From positions 1 through 51,778 of the IMG/VR virus record IMGVR_UViG_3300032069_000864: DNA of 51,778 nucleotides; one strand, given 5' to 3'. This stretch comes from a virus (Duplodnaviria; Caudoviricetes). The notes beneath the pieces were generated by a model. It ran no database searches and had not been told where the DNA came from. It worked only from the letters and a program-made list of their open reading frames with translations. Below, piece after piece: positions 9,743-19,336 of this stretch; position 1 is the stretch's first letter, and every line of letters begins with the position of its first letter. A program made the position numbers and the translations under genes.

Positions 9743-10012
9743 TCACATCTCCTTTCCAGTCTGTTCGGCCTCCGTCAGGAGGGCCTCGAATGTCTCCTCA
9801 TCCAACTGAGTCGGCGGCAGAATGGGCTCCCGCACGACCACGACTTCCGGCAACTGCTTCAGATCTACGACCGTGCCATTGGGCAGGTCCCTGAGCTGCT
9901 CACAGAGGCCGGGATTGACCGGCACCCAGCGCGGGGTCGGCACTCGCCCGAACCACGCGTAGACGTGAACCTGGCCAGCCGAGTCCTTCCAGATCTGTCC
10001 GATATCAGGCAT
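9743..10012 (-). CDS. Hypothetical protein
   Basis: Operon-packed 89 aa ORF. Confidence 0.65.
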   Translation of the reverse strand: MPDIGQIWKDSAGQVHVYAWFGRVPTPRWVPVNPGLCEQLRDLPNGTVVDLKQLPEVVVVREPILPPTQLDEETFEALLTEAEQTGKEM

Positions 10013-10244
10013 TGGCGAGGCCCTTTCGAATCTTGCCGACGCGACGGCAGAGGTCTTTCATCGCGTCGCCACGGCCCTTGGGTGTGTCGGGGTAGCCGTA
10101 ACTTTCGGCCAGGGTCAGGCCGTGGCCATCGGTGAGGTCCCACAAGCCGCCATCCTGGAGTGCCTTCGTCCCCGGGAAGATCGGCAACCACCGAAGATCC
10201 CACCGATTCCTCGCCGCCAGCGCCCTGAGTTCCTTCGCGGTCAT
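10005..10244 (-). CDS. Hypothetical protein
   Basis: ATG 10244 overlaps the SbcC stop (MTAKELRAL...). Confidence 0.65.
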   Translation of the reverse strand: MTAKELRALAARNRWDLRWLPIFPGTKALQDGGLWDLTDGHGLTLAESYGYPDTPKGRGDAMKDLCRRVGKIRKGLANA

Positions 10245-12817
10245 CGCGCGATCATCTCCACGTGGCTGCCGTCCGCGTCCTTGGTGACCTGCAGGCAACA
10301 GGCCACGCTATCCTTGAGTCGCGTCTCGTGGGTTATGAGCAGGATGGTGTCAAAGAAGGCGGTGAGACGCCCGAGGGCCGCTATCAGCTCATCCTGTCCG
10401 GGATCATCCAGGTAGGGCGGCTCATCTATTACCAGGAATCGCCAATCCGCGCCCGAACGCTGGGTGAGCAGTCGAGAGAGCCCGACCCGCAAGGCCAGGT
10501 TCACTCGCACCTTCTGCCCGCCAGAGAAGCATTCGAATGGGTGATCGCCGTAGCTATCCTGGCAGACGATCTCGAGCGTCTCCGTCACGCCAGAGTCGCC
10601 CTGATGTTGCGTCCGGAGTTCGACTGAGACCTCGCCATCCGTCAGCGTCCGTAGGATCTCGTTGGCCGCCTCCTCGAATGCCGGCAGGGCCTCGTCAATC
10701 AGGTGGGCGGGGATTCCGCTCTTGGAGAACGCGCCGTCTCGCGGATTGCCGAGCATGTTGAGGAGCATGACCCGCCGCGTCAAGGCAACGCGCTCGGCCT
10801 CCAGCTCCTTGGCCAGCTCACCCGCGGCCTTCGCGGCCTCGTATTGCGCCACAAGCTGGCCGTGTTGCTTGTGCAGGTCTTCGAGTCGCGCGTGCGCGCC
10901 CTTGCTCTCCTCGGCGAGCCCGGTTTGCTTCTTGGTGAGCGCGGTGAGTTCGGCGGCGAAGTCGCGGGCCGGGCCGACCTCTGCCTCGAGGGCCGCGGCG
11001 CGCTCGGTGACTGTGCAGACCTCGCGGCCCTTGGAGACAACCGCCTCCGTGGCCGACTCGATCTGCTTTTCGGCCTCCTCCGCCGTCGCCAACTTCCGCT
11101 GCCAGAATCCCAGCGTGGCCGCATCGGTCTTCGCTTGATGGTGCTGGGCCTCGTCGTAGTGCAGGCCGTCGCGCTGGCTCCGCACTCCCGTGGCCTTCTC
11201 AAGCAGATCAGTGCCCGGCTTCGTCTCGGAGAACCCCTTGAACTGGGCCTCATCCTTCGCCCAGGGCACGGGCTCTGGGGTCGGGATCCGTGCGGAGATC
11301 GGTTCGAGACGCGGTCCGAATTCGGCCGCGATATCGCGGGTCTCGAGGGTTGCCAACTCCGCCTCTTTGTGAGCCCAGGGGACCGGCGAGGCAGGAACCA
11401 GCGCGGCCTCGAGTTCTGGAATCCGGGCCTTGGCCGCGAGGGCCTGCGTGAGGAGGGAGCATTCGGCCGGGAAGTGGGACGCGATCAGATGCCCCTCCGG
11501 CGAGTCGTGTCCGCAGTGATGGCACTCCTTCTGGCACTCCACGGTATCCAGCAAGGCCGCCTGCTTGCGCGCCTGCGCCAGCACCTGCTGTACGAAGCCG
11601 ACCCGCGACTCCTCGGCCTCTTTGAGCCGAAGGATCTCAGAGCTCAACCGGTCCTCGGCCGCGTCCTGTTGCTGAAGGGCCTGCGTCTGCTCGGAGAGGA
11701 TCGCCTGGTATTCCTGGCGCACGGCCGAGACCCGCACTTTCTCCGCGTCCTGCGCCTGCCGCACCCTGCCTGCCAGATCGGCGACCGCGGCCTGGTGCTG
11801 GGCGATCGCCGCGTCGTATTGCGCCTTGAGGGTCGCGAGTTCCGCGGTCAGGCGCTCACGCTCGGTGCGCGCCCCTTCCATCTGCTCGGCCGACTTCCCG
11901 GCCGCCTCGGCCGCCGTGATCTGCTCTGCGATCTGCTCCCACTCGCCCGCCGTCAGTTGCAGTTGGGCGAGCCGCTCCCGTGCCGTCGCCAGTTCCGGCC
12001 TCAGCGCCTCCAGCCGCGTGCCGAGTTCCTCCAGCTCGCGCCGGCGCCCCGCGTCCTCAGCCTGCATGCGCACCAGTCCCTCGCGCTCTGTGTTCAGCGC
12101 GTCGAGGTCCTGAGCGAGCGAGCGAACGCGCATCTCGAGGCCGTCGGCCGCGATCTTGCAGGCCTCCATTTCCAGGCGGAGTCCGTCGCCCGTCGCTGCC
12201 TCATCGGTTAGGGTCGCGACCGCGCGAGCATGAGATTCCACCCAGCCCGATAGGTCCCGACTCATGGCCCTGGTGGCCTCCGCGCGCCGCTCCCACTGGC
12301 CGAGGTTCAGAATCTCACCGAACACGCCTTTGCGTTCGGCCGGCTTCGCATCGGAGAACCGGCCCAGGTCGTCCTGCACCGCGAAGGCAGTACTTCGCAG
12401 CAGGCCCGCCGTCATGCCCGTGACCCGTTCGATCTGGGCCTGCGCCGCCGCTCCAGACCACTGAATCGGCTGGCCGTCGGCGGCCACTCGGGGATTCCCG
12501 TCCGCGTCCAGAGACATGAGCACCAGAGTGCTCTTGCCCGCGCCCTTCCGACTGCGCTGCCGGCTGATCAGATACCGATCCTCGCGCACGGCGCAGGTCA
12601 ATTCTACCGAGCCGATCTGCTCGTTCCAGGAAACGATGTTCTCGAGGCCAGCGCGGGTTTCGCCGGCGAGCGCGTAGAGGATCGAGTCCACCACCAAGGT
12701 CGTCTTCCCGCTCGCGTTCAGGCCGGTCACGCACGCGAACCGTACGCCATCCAGGGACACGGAATGGATGCCGCGGAAGAGGCCGAAATTGGAGAGCTTA
12801 AGGTGGGTAGGTCTCAT
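10241..12817 (-). CDS. sbcC: SbcC/Rad50-like SMC ATPase
   Basis: LKLSNF, Walker A GLNASGKTT, long coiled coil with a central Cys cluster, signature FSGGQ, Walker B LVIDE, LITH. Confidence 0.92.
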   Translation of the reverse strand: MRPTHLKLSNFGLFRGIHSVSLDGVRFACVTGLNASGKTTLVVDSILYALAGETRAGLENIVSWNEQIGSVELTCAVREDRYLISRQRSRKGAGKSTLVLMSLDADGNPRVAADGQPIQWSGAAAQAQIERVTGMTAGLLRSTAFAVQDDLGRFSDAKPAERKGVFGEILNLGQWERRAEATRAMSRDLSGWVESHARAVATLTDEAATGDGLRLEMEACKIAADGLEMRVRSLAQDLDALNTEREGLVRMQAEDAGRRRELEELGTRLEALRPELATARERLAQLQLTAGEWEQIAEQITAAEAAGKSAEQMEGARTERERLTAELATLKAQYDAAIAQHQAAVADLAGRVRQAQDAEKVRVSAVRQEYQAILSEQTQALQQQDAAEDRLSSEILRLKEAEESRVGFVQQVLAQARKQAALLDTVECQKECHHCGHDSPEGHLIASHFPAECSLLTQALAAKARIPELEAALVPASPVPWAHKEAELATLETRDIAAEFGPRLEPISARIPTPEPVPWAKDEAQFKGFSETKPGTDLLEKATGVRSQRDGLHYDEAQHHQAKTDAATLGFWQRKLATAEEAEKQIESATEAVVSKGREVCTVTERAAALEAEVGPARDFAAELTALTKKQTGLAEESKGAHARLEDLHKQHGQLVAQYEAAKAAGELAKELEAERVALTRRVMLLNMLGNPRDGAFSKSGIPAHLIDEALPAFEEAANEILRTLTDGEVSVELRTQHQGDSGVTETLEIVCQDSYGDHPFECFSGGQKVRVNLALRVGLSRLLTQRSGADWRFLVIDEPPYLDDPGQDELIAALGRLTAFFDTILLITHETRLKDSVACCLQVTKDADGSHVEMIAR

Positions 12818-14091
12818 GCCCCACCTCCCGCCATCCACTCCTCCACCCGTGTCGCCTCAACTCGCAGGTCGTCCGCCAGTTCCGAGAGGTCCGCGCGAGT
12901 GGCCAGCCATGCATCAAGGGCCTCTGTCGGGCTCGCGGAGGCGGTGATCTGCGACTCCCGGCGCTTCACCACTTCCGCCCGCTCGATCTCGACGCGGACC
13001 TCCTGTGCGCCAGCAACCTCACAGGCGGCCCGCCATTTGCGGGCCATGTCCTTCATGGCTGCCGGAATCTGCAGCCGCACGATAGCCCCGGCCAGTTCGC
13101 TCGGCATGACGTGGGGGCAACGCAACTCGCCCTGCTCATCGAAGTCCTGGGGTCCGAGGGTCTGCAGGCGGCGATAGGGCGTCTCGATCGGCTCTGCCCT
13201 GCAATTCCCGTCGTCTGGGATATGCCAGAGGAGGTAGGATTTGGCCTCGCCCTGCTCTCCGAAGGACGTCGCCTCGGGGCTGCCCGAGTAGGCGATCAGG
13301 GGCTGCTGGTGCAGCTCCTGCGGCCGGTGGTAGTGCCCCAGAAGGACGCCATCGAATCCCAGGGCGGCCAGTTCATGGACGTTCATCGTCCACTCGGACG
13401 ATAGCATGGCGAGCGAGTTCTGCGACCCGGCCTCCGCGGTATCAACCGCGAAGTGGCCCAGCAATAGGCCTGGCACTCCCGGCCTTCGCTGCGCCGCCAA
13501 CCCGCGGGCGATCTCCATCATCTTCTCGCGGATGAGCAGGTTGAGATCGTCAGGGGAGAGCTGGCGGGTGTCCGCGTCGCGGAACAACAGGGCCTTATTG
13601 GGCCAAGGGAGACACGCGAGCTGCAGGCAAGTCGTATCGCCGCGCTTTCGCTCGTTCTCAGTCGCGGCCGGCGATACCTCCAGCCCATGCATCATGGTCT
13701 CCCACACGTCCAGCAGGCAGGGCCGGTCAACGATGGTCAGGCCCTCTATGCCGCGCAGGGGTTCGAGCGCGTGCTTGTGCAGAAGGGCTCCAGGCGAAGG
13801 ATGGTTGCCCAGGATCTCCACCCAGGGTAGGTCCTGGCCCGTGGCCGCCTGTATGAGGAGGCGGGCGTAATAGAGCTCGTCCGGCGTGGGTCGCGGCAAC
13901 TGGGCGACGTGATCGCAGAGCAGATCGCCGCACGACAGTACGATCTGCGCGCCGCGTGCGATACCGTCGTTGACCGCGAAGAGGCTGCATCTGTACCGGT
14001 CCACCAGCGTGGCGCTGAGCCCGGTCTCGCGATCAATCCGATCACCGGAGGCCGCGAGATGCTGGTCCGCGAAGTGGAGAGCGGTGATCAC
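12814..14091 (-). CDS. sbcD: SbcD/Mre11-like metallophosphoesterase nuclease
   Basis: HFADQHL, GDL, GNH, LLGH, LGHYHRPQ, YSGSPE..SFGE. Coupled to SbcC. Confidence 0.92.
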   Translation of the reverse strand: MITALHFADQHLAASGDRIDRETGLSATLVDRYRCSLFAVNDGIARGAQIVLSCGDLLCDHVAQLPRPTPDELYYARLLIQAATGQDLPWVEILGNHPSPGALLHKHALEPLRGIEGLTIVDRPCLLDVWETMMHGLEVSPAATENERKRGDTTCLQLACLPWPNKALLFRDADTRQLSPDDLNLLIREKMMEIARGLAAQRRPGVPGLLLGHFAVDTAEAGSQNSLAMLSSEWTMNVHELAALGFDGVLLGHYHRPQELHQQPLIAYSGSPEATSFGEQGEAKSYLLWHIPDDGNCRAEPIETPYRRLQTLGPQDFDEQGELRCPHVMPSELAGAIVRLQIPAAMKDMARKWRAACEVAGAQEVRVEIERAEVVKRRESQITASASPTEALDAWLATRADLSELADDLRVEATRVEEWMAGGGA

Positions 14092-14564
14092 GTGGCACCC
14101 CCCGATATGGCCTTGGCGGCGACCTCGTTCAGCGCCCGCGCGAAGCCGACCGCCCGGCGCTCATTCTCGGCCGCGCGCTCGCCTCTCTCGTTGGACTGAT
14201 AGGGCACGATGTCCAGCAGGTCGCGCCGCCGAATCCATATCGTTCCCAGCCGCTGGTTCTCGACCCAGATGCCTCTGTGCTTCCGTCCGAGGTGGGCCTT
14301 GACCAGCGACACGCGTTCGCCAGGTTGCGGATTATGGGAGCAGAGCGCGATGTGCAGATCGCGCATGAGTTCGGTACCGCGCGGCGCCACCGCCAGTTCC
14401 GCCAGTCGCTCTTCGGCCTGCGCCTCGTGTTCTCTTTGGCGCTTCTTGTTCGCCTGGTCCTCAGCCCAGAGCTTGAGGGAGTACAGGTCCCAGGAATCAA
14501 GGTGCGCGGCGACTCGCTTCACCTTCGCGAGTACGGCGGGGTTGTGGTTGTCACGCTTCATCAC
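14088..14564 (-). CDS. Hypothetical protein
   Basis: GTGA overlaps at both ends. Confidence 0.65.
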   Translation of the reverse strand: MMKRDNHNPAVLAKVKRVAAHLDSWDLYSLKLWAEDQANKKRQREHEAQAEERLAELAVAPRGTELMRDLHIALCSHNPQPGERVSLVKAHLGRKHRGIWVENQRLGTIWIRRRDLLDIVPYQSNERGERAAENERRAVGFARALNEVAAKAISGGAT

Positions 14565-15154
14565 GCACCCCCTCCCGCGCCCCATGCCACCCGGAACTCT
14601 CCCACCGTGAAGCGGAACACGTCACAGCGCTTGGCGCCGGGCCAGGGACAGATCACCTCCGTCTCGTCCGGCAGGTCGAGCAACTGGTAGGGATGACGAG
14701 CAATGAACCACTGCAGGACGGAGTTCGTCGGCGGCGCCTCGGCCCCCGGCCATGCCCCGTCAGCCATCTCGGGGAAGAGTTGCACCAGGCAGGGCATCAT
14801 GTCCCAACCGAGGGTGTCGGCATCCTCCCCCGGCTGAGGAAGGAGCTTGAGGCAGAAGAGGTGCTCACAGTCATGGCGCACCTTGTGGAGGCCCTTCGGC
14901 AGTGGCCGCGCTTCCCGCGGCGGCCGCTCGTACGCGAACTCCAGTGCCTCGCCTTCGGCGTGGACCGGCACTAGGTCAATTGCATCCCCGAACCCGGTCA
15001 CAATCCGGAGATGGCATTGAGGGCACTCGTACTCATCCCCGAGCCAGTACGTGCCGGGCAGACCTTCCGCGGCCGGGTCGCGCACGAGGCGGTTGTTCTT
15101 GGCGACCCGCATCTCGAGCCGGCAGGAAACGCAGATCGGAACGGGCGCGCTCAT
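14561..15154 (-). CDS. Hypothetical protein with N-terminal zinc ribbon
   Basis: ATG 15154; CVSC...ECPQC. Confidence 0.7.
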   Translation of the reverse strand: MSAPVPICVSCRLEMRVAKNNRLVRDPAAEGLPGTYWLGDEYECPQCHLRIVTGFGDAIDLVPVHAEGEALEFAYERPPREARPLPKGLHKVRHDCEHLFCLKLLPQPGEDADTLGWDMMPCLVQLFPEMADGAWPGAEAPPTNSVLQWFIARHPYQLLDLPDETEVICPWPGAKRCDVFRFTVGEFRVAWGAGGGA

Positions 15155-16374
15155 TCGGCACCGCCCGCGGCCGCCAGGACCCGCTCGGCCTCGTCGCACC
15201 AGGAGACCTTCGCCGATACCGAGGCATCACGCGCTAGCGTCCCGACCTTGGCCTCTAACCCGGCCGCCTGCACCCGTCGCCAGACCTCGGCGAGTCGCGC
15301 GTTGGCCTGCGCTTCGGTGAATGGGGCTGCCGGCGAGGTCGGCGCGTCGTCCCAGGGGCCGGGAGGCTCGGGCTCTTCGCCGTTGCCGTTATCGTCTTCA
15401 ACGTGCGTCTCCGCGACCGGGTCCACCGGAGGCAGTTTCTCGAAGCGCCCTTCTCGCTCGGCCTCCTCGAAGTCTGGCGCGGATATCGCGCCGGACGGGG
15501 GCGGCAACGCCGGGGACGCCTCTCGTTCCGGCCCGAACAGTTCCGAGCTGGATGAGAGTGCCTTCTGCGCCAGAGCCGCGCGGGTCGCCGGATCGCCCAT
15601 GTCTGGAACCAGGTCCACCCTCTGCACCACGAATGGCTTGGCGAACTCCTCGCGGGTGTAGACCTGCCGCACGCCGGTGGCCCGGATCGCCCGCAACACG
15701 GCCTTGGTCTCGGCGAGTGCGTGCCGGTCCGAGATCACCTGGTCGAGACGATCCTCGACATAGGCGTCGAAGTCGAAGGCATCCTTCCAGCCACTCGGCT
15801 TCTTCTTCCACTCGCCACTGTCGAACTTGGCCTTTGTCTCCGCGTGCTTGGTCTGCGCCTTCCGGGCCTCACGCTCGATCTTGCGGCGCTGGCTCTCCAG
15901 CTCCCACTCGTAGGAGGCCTCGAGGAACCGCCATCCCGTGCCGTCGCGAACCGCCACCTGCGCCCGGTAGGCCACGTCGTAGCGGACCGAATCGAAGAGC
16001 TTCCTGGCCTCGTCCCCCGGCATACCCTGCATCATGGACTTGGCCAGCCGGTGGCTCGCGGCTTCGGTCACCTGGACCCGCCAAACGATGCCCATGGCCG
16101 AGGCGATCTTCATCAGGCCGGGTTTCGCCGGCGCCACCTTGTCGGGAATCAGGGACCCATCCTGGAGCCTCGTCCAGCTCGTGCCGGGGGCCGGATAGCA
16201 GTCCCCGTGGTCCTTGTCCGGGTCGAGCTTCACGACGACCGCCGACACCCTCAACCAGGGCACGTCCGGCCCCACGACGGTGATCGGCGCCAGGCAGTTG
16301 TACCGATCGGGTGTGTAGACCGCCATGTCGGCCCGGCCTTCGCCCGGCTCGACACGTTGCAACTCGTTAGACAT
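15151..16374 (-). CDS. Putative single-strand annealing protein/recombinase
   Basis: KPGLMKIA..MGI and AETKAVLRAIR motifs, low-complexity acidic tail, position ahead of SbcCD, GGAGG RBS. The function is inferred. Confidence 0.5.
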   Translation of the reverse strand: MSNELQRVEPGEGRADMAVYTPDRYNCLAPITVVGPDVPWLRVSAVVVKLDPDKDHGDCYPAPGTSWTRLQDGSLIPDKVAPAKPGLMKIASAMGIVWRVQVTEAASHRLAKSMMQGMPGDEARKLFDSVRYDVAYRAQVAVRDGTGWRFLEASYEWELESQRRKIEREARKAQTKHAETKAKFDSGEWKKKPSGWKDAFDFDAYVEDRLDQVISDRHALAETKAVLRAIRATGVRQVYTREEFAKPFVVQRVDLVPDMGDPATRAALAQKALSSSSELFGPEREASPALPPPSGAISAPDFEEAEREGRFEKLPPVDPVAETHVEDDNGNGEEPEPPGPWDDAPTSPAAPFTEAQANARLAEVWRRVQAAGLEAKVGTLARDASVSAKVSWCDEAERVLAAAGGAE

Positions 16375-16389
16375 GGTGCCTCCTCAGGC

Positions 16390-16419
16390 TTGACAGATTC
16401 ACCGGCCGGGGTCTACACT
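16390..16419 (+). promoter_or_regulatory. Sigma70-type promoter antisense to the early operon
   Basis: TTGACA (16390-95), 18 nt spacer, TACACT (16414-19). Confidence 0.55.
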
Positions 16420-16485
16420 GAGGCCCTAAGTTCAGGCCGGTTGTTCGCGGCGAGGGTCCCCGTCACGGTCCCTCGCCGCGGCGCG

Positions 16486-16665
16486 TCAGGCCGCTGCCGG
16501 GCGCATCCGCCCCCGCAGCAGCCGCATGACCCGTCGAAACGCCTCCATGACCTCGTCCCGCGCCTTCGCCTCCCGCGCCGGATCCGAGATCATCCGATCT
16601 CTCCAACTCACCACCGCGGCCACCATCTCATCGGCCGCCGATTCCAGACTCCCGTTCCTCACCAT
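16486..16665 (-). CDS. Small hypothetical protein
   Basis: GAGAGG RBS, then MVRNGSLESAADEM... 59 aa, helical. Confidence 0.55.
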   Translation of the reverse strand: MVRNGSLESAADEMVAAVVSWRDRMISDPAREAKARDEVMEAFRRVMRLLRGRMRPAAA

Positions 16666-17400
16666 CCTCTCCGTCCGTTCCTGCTGTCGCCCCGGCCCAC
16701 CGGACCCGTTATCTCCAACTCGCCGCCTCCTCCCGTCCCGCGGGCGATGGCAACGACCACAACCGCGACGGGGGAAGAGACTCGTAGAACAGCCAGTACA
16801 GTAGCCCAACAAAGATCAACCATCCGACCCTCCGCACCCAGCCGCGAACCCGTCGCCGACGCGGCCGATCCAGCCAGTTCAGATCCGCGGGCCGGCCGGA
16901 GGGGGGACACTCGTCCGGCCGGGACCCGCGGAAAGGTGCCCGGAAGGAACGGCAGAGCCATCGCAGGAGCGAGGCTGCCCGACAACGGTTAGCAGGGCGG
17001 CCAACAACATGGCCGGACAACCCGCTCCCATCCCGCAGCCAGAGGCCTCCCGGGTCAGTGCACATCCCCGGCAGGGAACTGCTCAGCTCGAGGCCCAATC
17101 CTGCCGGGGTTCGGGGTGCAGCACCTACATATAGACCTGCATCGGATCCCAGCAGAGGCGCCAACACCCGCAGCTCGGAGCCACCGCGTGCACCACCTCG
17201 AGGGCCGACGGCCCTCGGCTGCTGTTCGCCCGGCCGATGGCCGGTCCACAGAGATCCGCTGATTTCCACCGGGGCCACCGCGCCGCGGCCCCGGCACTGC
17301 CGATAGGAAACGTCATGCACGTCACTTGGGGTGCGATTCGCTCCTGGCCCATCCAGGAGAGTTCTCCTTTCTGTAAATTGACAAGGAAAAAGGCGCATTT

Positions 17401-17568
17401 TCAGGCCGCCTCTTCCCGGTCATCACACACCAGTTGGGTCAGCGCGCTGCCGCACCGCGGGCAGTGGAGGCGCACGTTTTCCTGCTCCTCCACGCTGAGG
17501 CCGATGGCCTCGAGGTCATCGGCGGGCTCGCCGAATTGCCGACCACAACTCAAGCATCGGTAAGTCAT
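17401..17568 (-). CDS. Small zinc-ribbon protein
   Basis: MTYRCLSCG...CPRCG; ATGA overlap with the upstream gene. Confidence 0.7.
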   Translation of the reverse strand: MTYRCLSCGRQFGEPADDLEAIGLSVEEQENVRLHCPRCGSALTQLVCDDREEAA

Positions 17569-17837
17569 GCCGCCTCTTCCTGGTCGCGCTTCGCCGCGGC
17601 CTTCGCGGCTGCCACCTCGTGGATCTGCTCGATGATCCAGGCGTAGGTCTCCTGGGTCAGCGCGAACTCGGGCAGGTTGGCCTCGAGAATGCCGACCGTC
17701 TGTGTCCACGTGGATTTCGGCTTTCCCGTGACCTCCGCCATCCGTTCGGCCAGTTCGCTCTGTAGGACGTCGCACCGCACCCGCTCCACCTCAATGTCCT
17801 TGCCGCAGAGTAGGATCTGTCGCTCTCTCACCGCCAT
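17565..17837 (-). CDS. Cro-like regulator
   Basis: First gene divergent from the repressor. AGGAGG RBS; LQSELAERM helix resembles an XRE HTH. Confidence 0.6.
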   Translation of the reverse strand: MAVRERQILLCGKDIEVERVRCDVLQSELAERMAEVTGKPKSTWTQTVGILEANLPEFALTQETYAWIIEQIHEVAAAKAAAKRDQEEAA

Positions 17838-17899
17838 CGTTTGCCTCCTAGGTGTTGTCCCCGGGCCTACCGCATCATCGTTCACGTCGTTCACAATCA

Positions 17900-17928
17900 C
17901 GTATACCACGTTCAGAATCGAATGTCAA
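17900..17928 (-). promoter_or_regulatory. Early lytic promoter with candidate operator repeats
   Basis: Minus strand TTGACA-17nt-TATACG, preceded by TG. CGTTCA direct repeats at 17879, 17888 and 17909. Confidence 0.65.
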
Positions 17929-17967
17929 GGACTATTTTTTGGAGAAAGAGAGCTAGCGCAGGAAATC

Positions 17968-17976
17968 TGGTATACT
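17968..17976 (+). promoter_or_regulatory. Extended -10 promoter of repressor (leaderless mRNA)
   Basis: TGGTATACT ends 6 nt before ATG 17983; no Shine-Dalgarno in between. Confidence 0.65.
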
Positions 17977-17982
17977 GGCGAT

Positions 17983-18666
17983 ATGGCGAGGACGAGTATG
18001 CGCTGGCAGGCGTTCATACGGGAACGGATAGGGGAGGGCAGCCAGGCCTCACTCGCCCACGCTCTCGGCCTGTCCCCCGGCGCGGTTTCGAGTTGGGCGA
18101 AATACGGGCAGGTGCCGCTGGAGAAGACGATCAGGAAGGGAGTCAAGAAGCTCGGCGGGGATCTTCTCCCGTGGCTTGAGGCCGCCGAATATGCCCAAGT
18201 GCTCCCATCGCCCGCATCCCGGCCCGAGGCCGTCTCCGAGGCCACCGGTGCCTATACTCCCCGTCCCTCGACCGCCTCGCTTCCGGTCGCTGGCGAGCTG
18301 CAGGCCGGCACCGTACTGGAGGTCGAGGAGGAGCGCGGCGAGATATTCCCCTGCCTGGAAGAGCATGCCCGCCTTGCCGACTATGTCGTCCGCGTCAGTG
18401 GCTGGAGTATGTATCCGACTCTCCAGCCCGGGGACTTCGTGGCCGTCAAACGCTCCCGGATTGCTGATTCGGGCGATATCGTGGTCGCCAAACGGGGCTC
18501 AGAGACCTACCTGAAGCGCTATGGCGGGCGCCGGGCCAAGCGGGTGACCCTGACCTCGGACAACCCGGAATACGAGTCCATCGAGGGCGAGGATATCGAG
18601 ATTGTGGGGATCTACGCCTGGCAACACAGGACCAGAGAGACGGCCAGAAAGGCGAAGGCGAGGTAG
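17983..18666 (+). CDS. cI: CI/LexA-like repressor (XRE HTH plus S24 autopeptidase)
   Basis: SQASLAHALGLSPGAVSSW HTH, Ala-Gly cleavage site in GELQAG, catalytic Ser in VSGWSMYP and Lys in TYLKRY. Confidence 0.93.
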   Translation: MARTSMRWQAFIRERIGEGSQASLAHALGLSPGAVSSWAKYGQVPLEKTIRKGVKKLGGDLLPWLEAAEYAQVLPSPASRPEAVSEATGAYTPRPSTASLPVAGELQAGTVLEVEEERGEIFPCLEEHARLADYVVRVSGWSMYPTLQPGDFVAVKRSRIADSGDIVVAKRGSETYLKRYGGRRAKRVTLTSDNPEYESIEGEDIEIVGIYAWQHRTRETARKAKAR

Positions 18667-18686
18667 GGAACCGACAAAGGGGGATC

Positions 18687-19241
18687 ATGCCAATACTTAG
18701 AGAGAAACTGGCTGCACTCCGCCCCTTCGAGGCGAAGACCGATCAGGATTTCCTTTCCGCCCTGGGGCCGACCTCCGACACCTTCCTCTACCGCAACGGC
18801 AGTCGCCTCTTGGCCTGGGAGGAGGGGGACTATCGGATCAGTCTCCTCTTCACCGTGGACCAGCGCTTTCGGGCCGTGGCCTGGGAGGTAGATGGGGAAT
18901 CCTCTGGCCCTCCCGCGCGTCGGAATCGAGAGATAGGGCAGACAGTACGCCGGATCGTCCTGCTTATCGCTGTGGCCGCCCTATTTTTCCTCTTCCTGTG
19001 CTGGATTCGCCCGCCCTGGGTCGCGTACCGATCTCCGGCCACGCCCTCCTCTGCCGGGATTTCTTCACAGACCGACCCAGCGCATGAGGAGAACGTCAAG
19101 CGGATCCTGGCCGCCTCTCTGATCCAAGGCCAGAAGCGAAATACGCTAGGGCAGATGAAATATGGGCGCGATTATCCCGACCTGACCCCGGACGAGAAGG
19201 CCAAAGTGGACGACGAGTTACAAAAGGACCCGTTCAGGTAG
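18687..19241 (+). CDS. Membrane protein co-transcribed with the repressor
   Basis: GGGGGA RBS; central hydrophobic helix IVLLIAVAALFFLFLCWI. Confidence 0.75.
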   Translation: MPILREKLAALRPFEAKTDQDFLSALGPTSDTFLYRNGSRLLAWEEGDYRISLLFTVDQRFRAVAWEVDGESSGPPARRNREIGQTVRRIVLLIAVAALFFLFLCWIRPPWVAYRSPATPSSAGISSQTDPAHEENVKRILAASLIQGQKRNTLGQMKYGRDYPDLTPDEKAKVDDELQKDPFR

Positions 19242-19336
19242 GGGCGTCCGCCCGCCCCCCCGCCTGCGCCAAGCCAGGGCGGCCTGTTGCCTTCGTGGCG
19301 GGACCGGGCGCGATCCATCCCATCGGCCCCGTCCCC

